Positions 54,281 to 63,296 of a stretch of 64,000 nt of DNA are shown here, piece by piece. How positions within the stretch are numbered: the first letter of the stretch is position 1; the number at the start of each line of letters is the position of its first letter. Origin of the DNA: Candidatus Staskawiczbacteria bacterium (GTDB taxonomy: Bacteria; Patescibacteriota; Minisyncoccia; Minisyncoccales; Staskawiczbacteraceae); the NCBI GenBank assembly GCA_023245155.1, contig JAHFKV010000001.1, positions 331,034-395,033 on the forward strand, read 5' to 3'. The position numbers and the translations under genes are program-made. The notes below the pieces were generated by a model. That model did not search any database, was not told the origin of the DNA, and was given only the letters and a program-made list of their open reading frames with translations.

Positions 54281-56193
54281 TGCAGATCCGTGTTTCGCGC
54301 TACATCCAGCCACTTTTGCTGCCCGTTGTGCTGGCAGCACTTTTTGTTATCCAGAACCTTGCCTTTAATAATTGGCTCGGTTTTAACAATCACTATTTGG
54401 GCCGTTTTCTGGCGGTTAATTTTAGTTTGGGGCTGGTGTTGTATTGCCCATCACTATTTTTTGGCAAACGAGGCAGATATGCATATCTTTTTTTGATTTC
54501 GTGTACAGTCTCATTACTATTAGTTTCCCAGTTTTTATACTTCGAATATTCCCAAAGTTTTTTGCAGGCTTCGGCCTTAAAATATATCGGCCAGGCCGCT
54601 TCGGTTACCGGAACGGTTAAAAGTTTGCTTTCAGGTAACCTATTACTGTTCATTGCCAATATTTTTTTGGTTGCGGGAGTTGCAATACTTGTTTGGGCCA
54701 AAAAGTTTAATCGTAACGAAGTTTCCTTATTACCACGGGAAAAAATAATCGTATTTTTGTGCATTGCGGCCTTGGCTTCATCGGGTTATTGGCTGGTAAT
54801 CCAGAAAGAAAAACAAGAATGGGGAGGTTCCAGCCGCCTTTACCTGAATGCGTACGACGTCAACGCGCTGGTGGAAAAAATAGGCATCGCCAACTTTTTT
54901 TTAGAAGATTCTTTTAAATACTTAGCCCGCGTTGATTTGGTTTCCGCTGCTGATAAAAACTTTTTAGCCGATTGGATAAAAAGCCAGCAGCCCGAAACCG
55001 CAAAACCCGCTTCTGCCAAAGGCTACGGGGAGGCAAAGGGTAAGAACGTAATATTCTTACAAATCGAGTCACTAGAAAACGCGGTGATTAACCGCAAAAT
55101 AGATGGCCAGGAAATTACTCCCAACATAAATAAGGCCTCGCAAGAAGGCTTGTATTTTTCCAATTATTATACCCAGGTGGGCCCGGGAAACACCGCTGAC
55201 GCCGAATTTTCTACCTTAAATTCTTTATACCCGCTGCCTGACGATGTGGTCTTCATTGATTATGCTCACAACTATTATAATGCCCTGCCCAAATTATTCA
55301 CTTCCCACGGCTATAGCGCCTACGCCTTGAATGGAGACGTGCCCACGTTTTGGAACCGTTCAAACGTGTATCCTAACTTAGGTTACCAGGAAAAAATCAG
55401 CGAAGACAGCTATATTAAATCTCGCCCGATTGGCAAGGGGCCTTCCAGTTTAGGCGACGAAGATTTTTTACTGCAGTCGTTGCCTAAGTTAGAAAGTTTT
55501 AAACAGCCATTTTTTTCAGTGCTCATTACGGAAAGTTCCCACACGCCTTTTGAGTTACCCGAAGATTTGCAAACGCTAGACATGTCTGGCCCAGCGGCGC
55601 AACATTTAAACTATACCCAGCAGCAATATCTAGAATCTATCCACTACATGGACAAAGCAATTGGAGAGTTTATTGAAAGTTTGAAACAAGCGGGTTTATA
55701 CAATAATTCCGTTATTGCCATATATGGCGACCATCAAAGTTTCACGGGCATTTCAGACCCGCTTGATGCCGGTGACGCCACTTTTCCCGCGTTAAAACAC
55801 AGCCAAGTGCCACTCCTCATTTTGAATTCAGGAATTAAGCCTGCTGAAATTACAACCCCTGCCAGCCATTTGGATTTGTTTCCCACCATAATGAATATGC
55901 TGGGCATTCAACCACCCAAGGACATTTTAGGTCAAGATGTGTTAAATGCCAAAAATCCGGTGGTAGTGCGCCGCAATCTCTCTTCGGGTACTATTAACAC
56001 TATTTTAGGCAACACCTTAGCCTTTATTGCCAATGAAAACGGGGTTTTTGAAGATGGTACATGCCTAAAAATGCCTGTAAAAACTGCGGTTCCCGTGGCC
56101 AACTGCAGAGCATTGTTTGACCGGCAATCAAACAGTGTTAAGGCTTCAGACATTATTATCCGGGGCAACTTGTTGGACAAGTTTGGCAGTTGA
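54280..56193 (+). CDS. LTA-synthase/sulfatase-family phosphoglycerol transferase
   Basis: An N-terminal 5-TM block, then a sulfatase domain (FLQIESLEN, ESSHTPF, YGDHQ). Confidence 0.8.
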   Translation: MQIRVSRYIQPLLLPVVLAALFVIQNLAFNNWLGFNNHYLGRFLAVNFSLGLVLYCPSLFFGKRGRYAYLFLISCTVSLLLVSQFLYFEYSQSFLQASALKYIGQAASVTGTVKSLLSGNLLLFIANIFLVAGVAILVWAKKFNRNEVSLLPREKIIVFLCIAALASSGYWLVIQKEKQEWGGSSRLYLNAYDVNALVEKIGIANFFLEDSFKYLARVDLVSAADKNFLADWIKSQQPETAKPASAKGYGEAKGKNVIFLQIESLENAVINRKIDGQEITPNINKASQEGLYFSNYYTQVGPGNTADAEFSTLNSLYPLPDDVVFIDYAHNYYNALPKLFTSHGYSAYALNGDVPTFWNRSNVYPNLGYQEKISEDSYIKSRPIGKGPSSLGDEDFLLQSLPKLESFKQPFFSVLITESSHTPFELPEDLQTLDMSGPAAQHLNYTQQQYLESIHYMDKAIGEFIESLKQAGLYNNSVIAIYGDHQSFTGISDPLDAGDATFPALKHSQVPLLILNSGIKPAEITTPASHLDLFPTIMNMLGIQPPKDILGQDVLNAKNPVVVRRNLSSGTINTILGNTLAFIANENGVFEDGTCLKMPVKTAVPVANCRALFDRQSNSVKASDIIIRGNLLDKFGS

Positions 56194-56226
56194 ATTTCAT
56201 CCTAACATTTGGTATAAGAAAGCATT

Positions 56227-57366
56227 ATGCACAAAGAAATTCTCATAGACAATTCAGAAGAAAAAGCGCTTATCAAGCAAATTGGGGCGCGCCAAGACAT
56301 TAAAGCTGAAAGATTAAAACGGGTGATGTCACTGCCAGATTTATCTCGCACAGAAGGTAGTCCACTTAAGGCGATTATTGATAAGGTGTTTGCCATCCCA
56401 GATTTTGCTGATTTTGATAATGTGATTATTCCTGAAATTATTCCAACTGATATTTTATTTGATTTGTTTGATTTTGCCAAAGATCATCCAGCGCGCAGTG
56501 AATCAGACACGTATTATGTGGACGAAAAAAATGTGTTGCGCACGCACGACACCGTTTTTTGGTATTACTATTTACATAATCCCGAAATTCAAGAAAGAAT
56601 TACCGCCAGAAAGTCATTCGGGGCTTTTTGCCACGGTAAAGTGTACCGGAAAGACGAAATTGACCGTACCCACATGAATGTGTTCCACCAATTCGGCGGC
56701 TGGTATTTAACTCCCGACTCTGAAAAAATGCTTACCATTGAAGACTTAAAAAGCGCCCTTTCCACCATTGTGAAAGGTATTTTTGGTGAAAATGTGAAAT
56801 TCAGATTCAACCCGGATGTTTTCCCATATACTGATCCAAGTTTGGAAGTAGAAATTGACGTAAACGGCAAATGGCTTGAATTGCTGGGCGGGGGAATGCC
56901 TAAAAAATTGGTACTTAAAAACTTTGGCATTGAAGGCTACAATGGTTGGGCGTTTGGGTTCGGCTTGGAGCGTCTTGCCATTGCCAAAATGGAAATTCCA
57001 GATATCAGGCTGTTTTGGTCACAAGATTCACGCGTGAAAGAGCAGTTAAAAAACTTAGAAAATAAATATAAAGAGGTCAGCAAATATCCGGCCGTTGAGC
57101 GCGACATTTCTTTTGTGATTGATAAAAATATCAGCTTGAATAATTATTATGAATTGGTGCAGGATGTGGCCGAAGGATTAATCGAAGAAGTAAAACTCAT
57201 GGACAGTTACGAAAACGATGAAAAATTCGGCATAGGGAAAAAATCATACACGTTCCACATTGTGTACAGATCTCTAGAAAAAACGCTGACGAATGAAGAG
57301 GTGAACGTGATTCACGACAAAATCGTGGAGAAGACTAAACAAGAGCTGAACGCTATAGTAAGATAG
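56227..57366 (+). CDS. pheS: Single-chain (mitochondrial-type) phenylalanine--tRNA ligase: class II core plus a C-terminal FDX-ACB domain
   Basis: DHPARSESDTYYV, GKVYRKDEIDRTHMNVFHQ, GWAFGFGLERLAIAKMEIPDIRLFW, then SKYPAVERDISFVI...YTFHIVYRSLEKTLTNEEV. Confidence 0.8.
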   Translation: MHKEILIDNSEEKALIKQIGARQDIKAERLKRVMSLPDLSRTEGSPLKAIIDKVFAIPDFADFDNVIIPEIIPTDILFDLFDFAKDHPARSESDTYYVDEKNVLRTHDTVFWYYYLHNPEIQERITARKSFGAFCHGKVYRKDEIDRTHMNVFHQFGGWYLTPDSEKMLTIEDLKSALSTIVKGIFGENVKFRFNPDVFPYTDPSLEVEIDVNGKWLELLGGGMPKKLVLKNFGIEGYNGWAFGFGLERLAIAKMEIPDIRLFWSQDSRVKEQLKNLENKYKEVSKYPAVERDISFVIDKNISLNNYYELVQDVAEGLIEEVKLMDSYENDEKFGIGKKSYTFHIVYRSLEKTLTNEEVNVIHDKIVEKTKQELNAIVR

Positions 57367-57372
57367 TACTTT

Positions 57373-58149
57373 ATGATGGATAATAATATAGAAAAAGGCA
57401 ATAGGGCAGAGAAGCCGGATAGTCTTTTGGGTAAGGAAATAAAAGAAGATAAAAAATCTCTTCTTAAGGAAGAAGCCAAAAGAATAGCTCAGTTGACTGA
57501 AGCGGTAACGCAGGCTCAAAAAAGTGAAACTGGCAAATATGAAAAAATATATGCAGAAAAGGAAAAGTTGAACAGAATGTTTGAAGAGGGTAGTGCGAGT
57601 AGCGTGAAAGAATTGGAAGAAATTCAAGAGAGGGAGCAGTCAGCTGAAGAAAAAGTTGCTGCTTTGGAAGTTGCTGAGCTTAAAGGTATGTCGGTTAATA
57701 CAACTACGTTTGAAGGTGATCCCAATCCGCCATATGGCGTACCAGTATTTCTTGAAGAAGATGGAGACCGTTTATTTTTGGAAGCAGATGGTTATGGAAT
57801 TCCGGTGGATTTTTCTCGGATTGAAAAGGTAGAATTTCCAGAAGTAAATAATCCTACGGTAAAAGAAATTACAGAAATTATAGAAATGATAGGAGGGGAG
57901 TCTCAAGATTACGGTATTGATAGAATGTATTCTGATGATCAGGGAGTTTATCTTCTAGATTTAGTGGTCGAAGGTGAAGGTGGATCTAGGAAGGTATACG
58001 ATTACGCAAGAAAAGGAGAATTTGATACTCATAAGTCTTCGGGAACATCTATGCATGTGACTGAATATGATGGTAGTGGTGATTTTATTAAATACCCCGA
58101 GCATATTGCCGAATTTAACCATCTAACTGGTAAGTGGCAAAAAGTATAA
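57373..58149 (+). CDS. Acidic protein; function unknown
   Basis: Glu/Lys-rich helical N-terminal half and a folded C-terminal half. I recognise no motif. Confidence 0.45.
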   Translation: MMDNNIEKGNRAEKPDSLLGKEIKEDKKSLLKEEAKRIAQLTEAVTQAQKSETGKYEKIYAEKEKLNRMFEEGSASSVKELEEIQEREQSAEEKVAALEVAELKGMSVNTTTFEGDPNPPYGVPVFLEEDGDRLFLEADGYGIPVDFSRIEKVEFPEVNNPTVKEITEIIEMIGGESQDYGIDRMYSDDQGVYLLDLVVEGEGGSRKVYDYARKGEFDTHKSSGTSMHVTEYDGSGDFIKYPEHIAEFNHLTGKWQKV

Positions 58150-58212
58150 TAAGGCAAAAAGCGAGTTGGATGCATTAGTTAGATAATTTTTTGTACTAGG
58201 GAATTCACTTTT

Positions 58213-58238
58213 AAAAACAGGCGTTGCGCCTGTTTTTT
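58213..58238 (+). terminator. Intrinsic terminator
   Basis: AAAAACAGGCG / TTG / CGCCTGTTTTTT. Confidence 0.85.
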
Positions 58239-58357
58239 CAAGGCAAAGAATGTGCAAGCGCTGGATACTTTATAGTATATTATAAGTAATGTCAATAGTT
58301 GCTCCTTGGCCATAATATTGGTAAAATATATACATAATCCCAATCATAATAATACAC

Positions 58358-60478
58358 ATGAAATTAAGCATAAAAGACGCAGAAGAAGAGAAAAAAGCAA
58401 AAACTGCGAAGGTTGTAGAAAAGCCAAAAGCTAAAACAGAAAAACCTGTGGCTATTAAACCCGAAAAAAAGCCTGAACCGAAAGAGGAAATAAAAAAGGA
58501 ATTTGATGCAGTGAAATCAGCTGAAACTCCACGCAAAACTGAAGTAAAAAAGGAGGATGCTTCTGCAGTAACTAAAGCTACAAAAACCGGCTATGGGGCC
58601 AAGGATATTTTTGTTTTAAAGGGCCTTGAGCCCGTGCGCAAGCGCCCGGGCATGTACATTGGTTCAACGGGCGTTGACGGCTTGCATCACTTAATTTGGG
58701 AAGTGGTGGACAATTGTATCGACGAAGCCATGGCTGGATATGCCACTAACGTAGACATTACGTTGTTGCCAAATAATCGTGTAACTATTTCTGATAACGG
58801 CCGCGGTATTCCGGTGGAAAAACACCCGGACACCGGCAAATCCAGCTTAGAAACGGTGCTTACCACCCTACATGCCGGAGGAAAATTCGGCGGCGATGCG
58901 TACAAAGTGTCGGGTGGATTGCACGGGGTGGGAGTTTCGGTGGTATGCGCCTTATCCACCTTCATGGAAGCTGAAGTCAGGCGCGATGGAGGAATCTACA
59001 AACAAGAATATTTCCGCGGTAATCCAAAAGGCGCGGTAAAAAAAGTGGGAGATTCAAAAGAAACCGGTACCACCATTACTTTTGACGCTGACCCGGAAAT
59101 TTTTCCAGAAATAAGATACGACACCAAGAAAATTTTGCAGCACTTGCGCCACCAGGCTTACCTTACCAAAGGTGTAAAAGTTTTATTTAGGGACGAACGC
59201 GAGAAGGGAAAAGAAACTTCCTACGGATTTTACTTTGAAGGCGGAGTTGGCAGCTTTGTAAAATACTTGGTCAATGGCCTCACCCCAAGGCATCCGAATA
59301 TCTTTTTTGCCGCCACTACCAAAGACAACATTTTTGTGGAAGCGGCATTTCAGTATACCCAAGAAATGGAATGTACTGAGCAATCATTTGCCAATAACAT
59401 TTACACACCCGAGGGCGGCACGCATATTTCTGGGTTTCGCACAGCTTTGACTCGCTGCCTGAACGCCTATGCCCGGCGCGAAAACTTTTTGAAAGAAAAA
59501 GATGAAAATTTTACCGGAGATGATGTGCGGGAAGGTTTAACGGCAGTGGTTTCGGTGAAAATCCGGAACCCGCAATTTGAAGGCCAGACCAAGGCTAAAT
59601 TGGGCAACCCCGAAGCCAAACCCGCGGTTGAAGACGCGGTGAATGAAGCCTTGGCCGACTTTTTAGAAAGAAATCCTTCGGATGCCCGCGCTATTATTGA
59701 AAATTGTATGTTAGCCACCAAGGCTCGCTTGGCCGCTAAAGCCGCGCGCGCAACTGTTTTAAGAAAGGGAATTTTAGAAGGTCTGGCCTTGCCCGGAAAA
59801 TTGGCGGATTGTTTAAGCAAAGACCCCGCAGAATCTGAATTATATATTGTAGAGGGAGATTCAGCCGGCGGCAGCGCAAAAATGGCTCGCGACAGGCGAT
59901 TTCAGGCTATTTTGCCTTTGCGCGGGAAGATTTTAAACGTTGAGCGCGCGCGCTTGGACAAAATGCTGGCTAACAAAGAAATCAAAGCTTTGATTATTGC
60001 TTTGGGTACAGCTATTGCCGAAGATTTTAATTTAGAAAACCTGCGCTACCACCGGATTGTGATTATGACCGATGCCGACGTTGATGGCAGCCACATCCGC
60101 ACCCTGCTGCTCACGTTGTTTTACCGGCACTTTAAGCCCATTATGGAAGCCGGTTACATTTACATTGCCCAGCCGCCGCTGTATAAAATCCAGTCTGGCA
60201 AAGCGGTAAGTTATGCGTATACGGAAGAGCAAAAAGAAAAAACCGTGAAGGGCTTGACCAACGTAAGTTTGCAACGATACAAAGGTTTGGGAGAAATGAA
60301 TAGTGAACAGCTTTGGGAAACTACCATGAACCCCGCCAACCGATTGTTATTGAAAGTAGAAATCGACGAGGCCGAAGAAGCCAACAAAACTTTTGATATA
60401 CTTATGGGCGAAGAAGTGGAACCGCGCAAAAAGTTCATCCAGACGCATGCCAAGAGTGTGAAGAATTTAGACATTTAG
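58358..60478 (+). CDS. gyrB: DNA gyrase subunit B with a roughly 75-aa Lys/Glu/Pro-rich N-terminal extension
   Basis: GLEPVRKRPGMYIGST, GHKL ATPase motifs, Toprim EGDSAGG and PLRGKILNVE, C-terminal IQTHA. Confidence 0.95.
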   Translation: MKLSIKDAEEEKKAKTAKVVEKPKAKTEKPVAIKPEKKPEPKEEIKKEFDAVKSAETPRKTEVKKEDASAVTKATKTGYGAKDIFVLKGLEPVRKRPGMYIGSTGVDGLHHLIWEVVDNCIDEAMAGYATNVDITLLPNNRVTISDNGRGIPVEKHPDTGKSSLETVLTTLHAGGKFGGDAYKVSGGLHGVGVSVVCALSTFMEAEVRRDGGIYKQEYFRGNPKGAVKKVGDSKETGTTITFDADPEIFPEIRYDTKKILQHLRHQAYLTKGVKVLFRDEREKGKETSYGFYFEGGVGSFVKYLVNGLTPRHPNIFFAATTKDNIFVEAAFQYTQEMECTEQSFANNIYTPEGGTHISGFRTALTRCLNAYARRENFLKEKDENFTGDDVREGLTAVVSVKIRNPQFEGQTKAKLGNPEAKPAVEDAVNEALADFLERNPSDARAIIENCMLATKARLAAKAARATVLRKGILEGLALPGKLADCLSKDPAESELYIVEGDSAGGSAKMARDRRFQAILPLRGKILNVERARLDKMLANKEIKALIIALGTAIAEDFNLENLRYHRIVIMTDADVDGSHIRTLLLTLFYRHFKPIMEAGYIYIAQPPLYKIQSGKAVSYAYTEEQKEKTVKGLTNVSLQRYKGLGEMNSEQLWETTMNPANRLLLKVEIDEAEEANKTFDILMGEEVEPRKKFIQTHAKSVKNLDI

Positions 60479-60480
60479 TC

Positions 60481-60786
60481 ATGGAATTTAAAGAACTACA
60501 AAAGGGAATGATTAATACGGCGATGAGTTATGGCAAGGAATATCATATTACTATTGATGAAGAGTTTGCATTATTAAAACTACAAGAAGAAGTGGGCGAG
60601 TTAGCACAAGCAGTTTTAATCCACCGGAAAAAGGCCAGACCAGAAAAGTTTTTGCCTGAAGAAAAGTCAAAAGCAGAAATTGGAAAAGAATTAGCCGATG
60701 TGGTTGGCATGGCGGTGCTCAGCGCCCACTTGATGAGCATAGATTTAGAAAAAGCAATTGATGAAAAATGGGTAAATAGGAAATAG
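60481..60786 (+). CDS. MazG-like nucleotide pyrophosphohydrolase
   Basis: LQEEVGELAQAV ... ELADVVGMAV. Confidence 0.7.
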   Translation: MEFKELQKGMINTAMSYGKEYHITIDEEFALLKLQEEVGELAQAVLIHRKKARPEKFLPEEKSKAEIGKELADVVGMAVLSAHLMSIDLEKAIDEKWVNRK

Positions 60787-60792
60787 GATTTG

Positions 60793-60815
60793 AAAACCGC
60801 CGCAAGGCGGTTTTT
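60793..60815 (+). terminator. Intrinsic terminator
   Basis: AAAACCGCC / GCAA / GGCGGTTTTT. Confidence 0.85.
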
Positions 60816-60851
60816 GGTTGCAGTTTATGTTGGAAGGAGTAAAATGGGGGT

Positions 60852-61430
60852 ATGAAAATTCTACATGAAAATAGATGTGATTGGACTGGCTCTGATGAAT
60901 TGATGATAAAATATCATGATACTGAATGGGGGGTGCCGGTGCATGATGATAAAAAATTGTTTGAGTTTTTGGTTTTGGAATCGGCTCAGGCCGGGCTTTC
61001 CTGGAAAATTATTTTGCATAAGCGCCTGGGATATAAAAAATTATTTGCTGAGTTTGATGCCAAGAAAGTGGCAAAGTTTGCTGCAAAAGATGTGGCGCGT
61101 TTACTTAAAGATCCAAGTATTATTCGCAATCGCTTGAAAATTGAGGCGACGGTTAATAATGCCAAGCGGTTTTTAGAAATAAAAAAAGAATTTGGCAGTT
61201 TTTCAAACTACATGTGGCAATTTGTGGATGGCAAGCCAATAGATGGTAAGCGCAAAACCATGAAAGATGTACCCGCAATTACGCGCGAAGCCGAAAACTT
61301 TTCTCTGAATTTAAAAAAGAGGGGATTCAAGTTTATGGGGCCGACGGTGGTGTATGCCCACATGCAAGCGGTGGGAATGGTAAATGATCATGTGATGGAA
61401 TGTTTTAGGTATGCTGTGCTCCGCTATTAA
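60852..61430 (+). CDS. tag: DNA-3-methyladenine glycosylase I
   Basis: RCDW...YHDTEWGVPVHDDKKLFEFLVLESAQAGLSW. Confidence 0.9.
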   Translation: MKILHENRCDWTGSDELMIKYHDTEWGVPVHDDKKLFEFLVLESAQAGLSWKIILHKRLGYKKLFAEFDAKKVAKFAAKDVARLLKDPSIIRNRLKIEATVNNAKRFLEIKKEFGSFSNYMWQFVDGKPIDGKRKTMKDVPAITREAENFSLNLKKRGFKFMGPTVVYAHMQAVGMVNDHVMECFRYAVLRY

Positions 61431-61447
61431 AACTAAAAAAGTATTTT

Positions 61448-62056
61448 ATGAAGATTATAATCGTACGGCATGGGCAAACGGATGAAAATGCTGATGGGGG
61501 GCTAGCTTTACGTACATCAGAAATTTTACTCAATGAAGAGGGGATTTTGCAAGCTGAAAAGTTGGGGCATCATTTAAAAAATCATAAGATTACTCATGCA
61601 TATAGTGGCCCATTAAAGCGCGCCATTGCCACGGCTGAAAAAGTGTTGGCGCACCATCCTGAAGCAAAACTGGTAGCAGTTGACCATTTGGATGAACAAC
61701 ATTTAGGGGTGGCGGAAACTATGCCCAAAGCACAGTGGAAAGAAATTAAGAAAAAGTCTACCGAGCCTTGGTATTTGTTTAAGGCGGAAAAAGGGGAGTC
61801 TTACACCCAAATGCAAGCGCGGGTGAAGAAATTTTTCCATCAACTTTTGCAAACCCACAAGCCAGATGACACGATTTTAATTGTCAGCCATGGCGGGACG
61901 TTGGGAGTTTTACTGTTAGATATTTTGGAAAAAGAATTGAATGAAGAAAATTATCGCGCGCATCAGCCCAAAAATACGGAGTTTACGATTGTAGAAATCT
62001 CACCGGATGGGTTTAAAAAGATTCACGTGTTAAATAGTAGGGAGCATTTAGTGTGA
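61448..62056 (+). CDS. Histidine phosphatase (phosphoglycerate-mutase-like) family protein
   Basis: IVRHGQTDEN and VSHGGT. Confidence 0.8.
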   Translation: MKIIIVRHGQTDENADGGLALRTSEILLNEEGILQAEKLGHHLKNHKITHAYSGPLKRAIATAEKVLAHHPEAKLVAVDHLDEQHLGVAETMPKAQWKEIKKKSTEPWYLFKAEKGESYTQMQARVKKFFHQLLQTHKPDDTILIVSHGGTLGVLLLDILEKELNEENYRAHQPKNTEFTIVEISPDGFKKIHVLNSREHLV

Positions 62057-62064
62057 ATGCTTTC

Positions 62065-62093
62065 TTGACAAAACGGGGGAAGTATACTATTGT
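62065..62093 (+). promoter_or_regulatory. Putative promoter
   Basis: TTGACA (62065-70), 17 nt, TATTGT (62088-93). Confidence 0.4.
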
Positions 62094-62150
62094 TCATACA
62101 GTAATACCACCCTGATTATCCTTTAACAACCAAACCCAACGGAGGTTCCC

Positions 62151-62732
62151 GTGAATTTGACACCGCGCTCTGCCTTGATTATCGCTGTGGTAATTTCCGG
62201 GTACATTCCTTACATCTGCGCAATCTTGCGAGATAGGAATATGCCGAAAGGCGCTCCCGGAAAAACTGAACCCAGCAAAGCTTCGTGGCTTATCTGGACT
62301 GGCTTGGATGTTGTGGTCGCCTTTGGAATGTACATGGAAGGCGCACTTAACGCCCAGATAGTAGCCGTGCTTATTGGCGCATCCATTGCAATCTTTTTCG
62401 TCATGAGGTACGGAATTACCGAGTGGACTGGCACCGATAAGTTCTGCCTTATTGGGGGAGTGGTGGGCATGGGGCTGATACTGTTCAGCAACCCATTGCT
62501 GGGCCTTATCACCAGCCTGGTGATTATGTGCTTGGGGTCAATTCCCACCTTTATTTCCGTGTGGAAGGATCCGGGCCGTGAAAACAAGCTGGCGTGGATG
62601 CTGTTTGCTGCCGGCTCCATTTGTTCCGTTGCCACCATCCCCAAATGGACGTTGGCTGACGCCGCCCAGCCCATTACATTCCTAGCTGTTCAGATTGTTG
62701 TCTTGGGCATTTCGTACGGCAAACCCCGATAG
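62151..62732 (+). CDS. GC-rich polytopic membrane protein; function unknown
   Basis: GGAGG-TTCCC-GTG start context, the same spacer as at the DGR target gene. About 6 TM helices. Confidence 0.55.
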   Translation: MNLTPRSALIIAVVISGYIPYICAILRDRNMPKGAPGKTEPSKASWLIWTGLDVVVAFGMYMEGALNAQIVAVLIGASIAIFFVMRYGITEWTGTDKFCLIGGVVGMGLILFSNPLLGLITSLVIMCLGSIPTFISVWKDPGRENKLAWMLFAAGSICSVATIPKWTLADAAQPITFLAVQIVVLGISYGKPR

Positions 62733-62744
62733 TTAGTATTTAAT

Positions 62745-62781
62745 CCCCAGTGAACTTCGTTTTCACTGGGGGAATTTTTTT
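62745..62781 (+). terminator. Intrinsic terminator
   Basis: CCCCAGTGAA / loop / TTCACTGGGG followed by GAATTTTTTT. Confidence 0.8.
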
Positions 62782-62857
62782 ACAGCGGGTTTGTGCCTTG
62801 GTTGGCTATTTTTAATTATTTACGGGTGGTGTTATAACTAATAAAAAACAACTTTTT

Positions 62858-63190
62858 ATGGCACGGCGTGAATATTTAAAATACAAAGAAGCGGCACGGT
62901 CGCTAGTCAAAAACAGGCTAGCGTATTTTAATGCTTTTTATCAGTTCAAAATTGGACGGGTGGCTATCAAAAATTCGCGAAGTCGATGGGGAAGTGCCAG
63001 TAAAAAAGGAAATTTAAATTTTAATTATAAAGTGGCGCTGCTGCCGCAAGACATGGCCGATTATGTTATTGTGCATGAACTTTGCCACTTGCGGGAATTT
63101 AACCATTCGCCAAAATTTTGGGCGCTGGTGGCGCAAACCGTGCCAAATTGGAGAATAATTAGGAAAAAATTTAAGAAGATAAGATTGTAA
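62858..63190 (+). CDS. Short YgjP/DUF45-like (M48/WLM-type) metallopeptidase domain protein
   Basis: VIVHELCHLREFNHSPKFW (HExxH...H). At 110 aa it is much shorter than my recollection of the family. Confidence 0.6.
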   Translation: MARREYLKYKEAARSLVKNRLAYFNAFYQFKIGRVAIKNSRSRWGSASKKGNLNFNYKVALLPQDMADYVIVHELCHLREFNHSPKFWALVAQTVPNWRIIRKKFKKIRL

Positions 63191-63214
63191 ACGGCGGCCC
63201 GCGGGCCGCCGTTT
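63189..63214 (+). terminator. GC-rich hairpin, weak T tail
   Basis: AAACGGCGGCCC / GC / GGGCCGCCGTTT. Confidence 0.5.
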
Positions 63215-63296
63215 ATGTGCATAAGTTGGCTATTTTCCATTTTGAATGAGTGGTAAAATGAGTGAATAGTATCACTATATTTTTTACTTTAACAAA

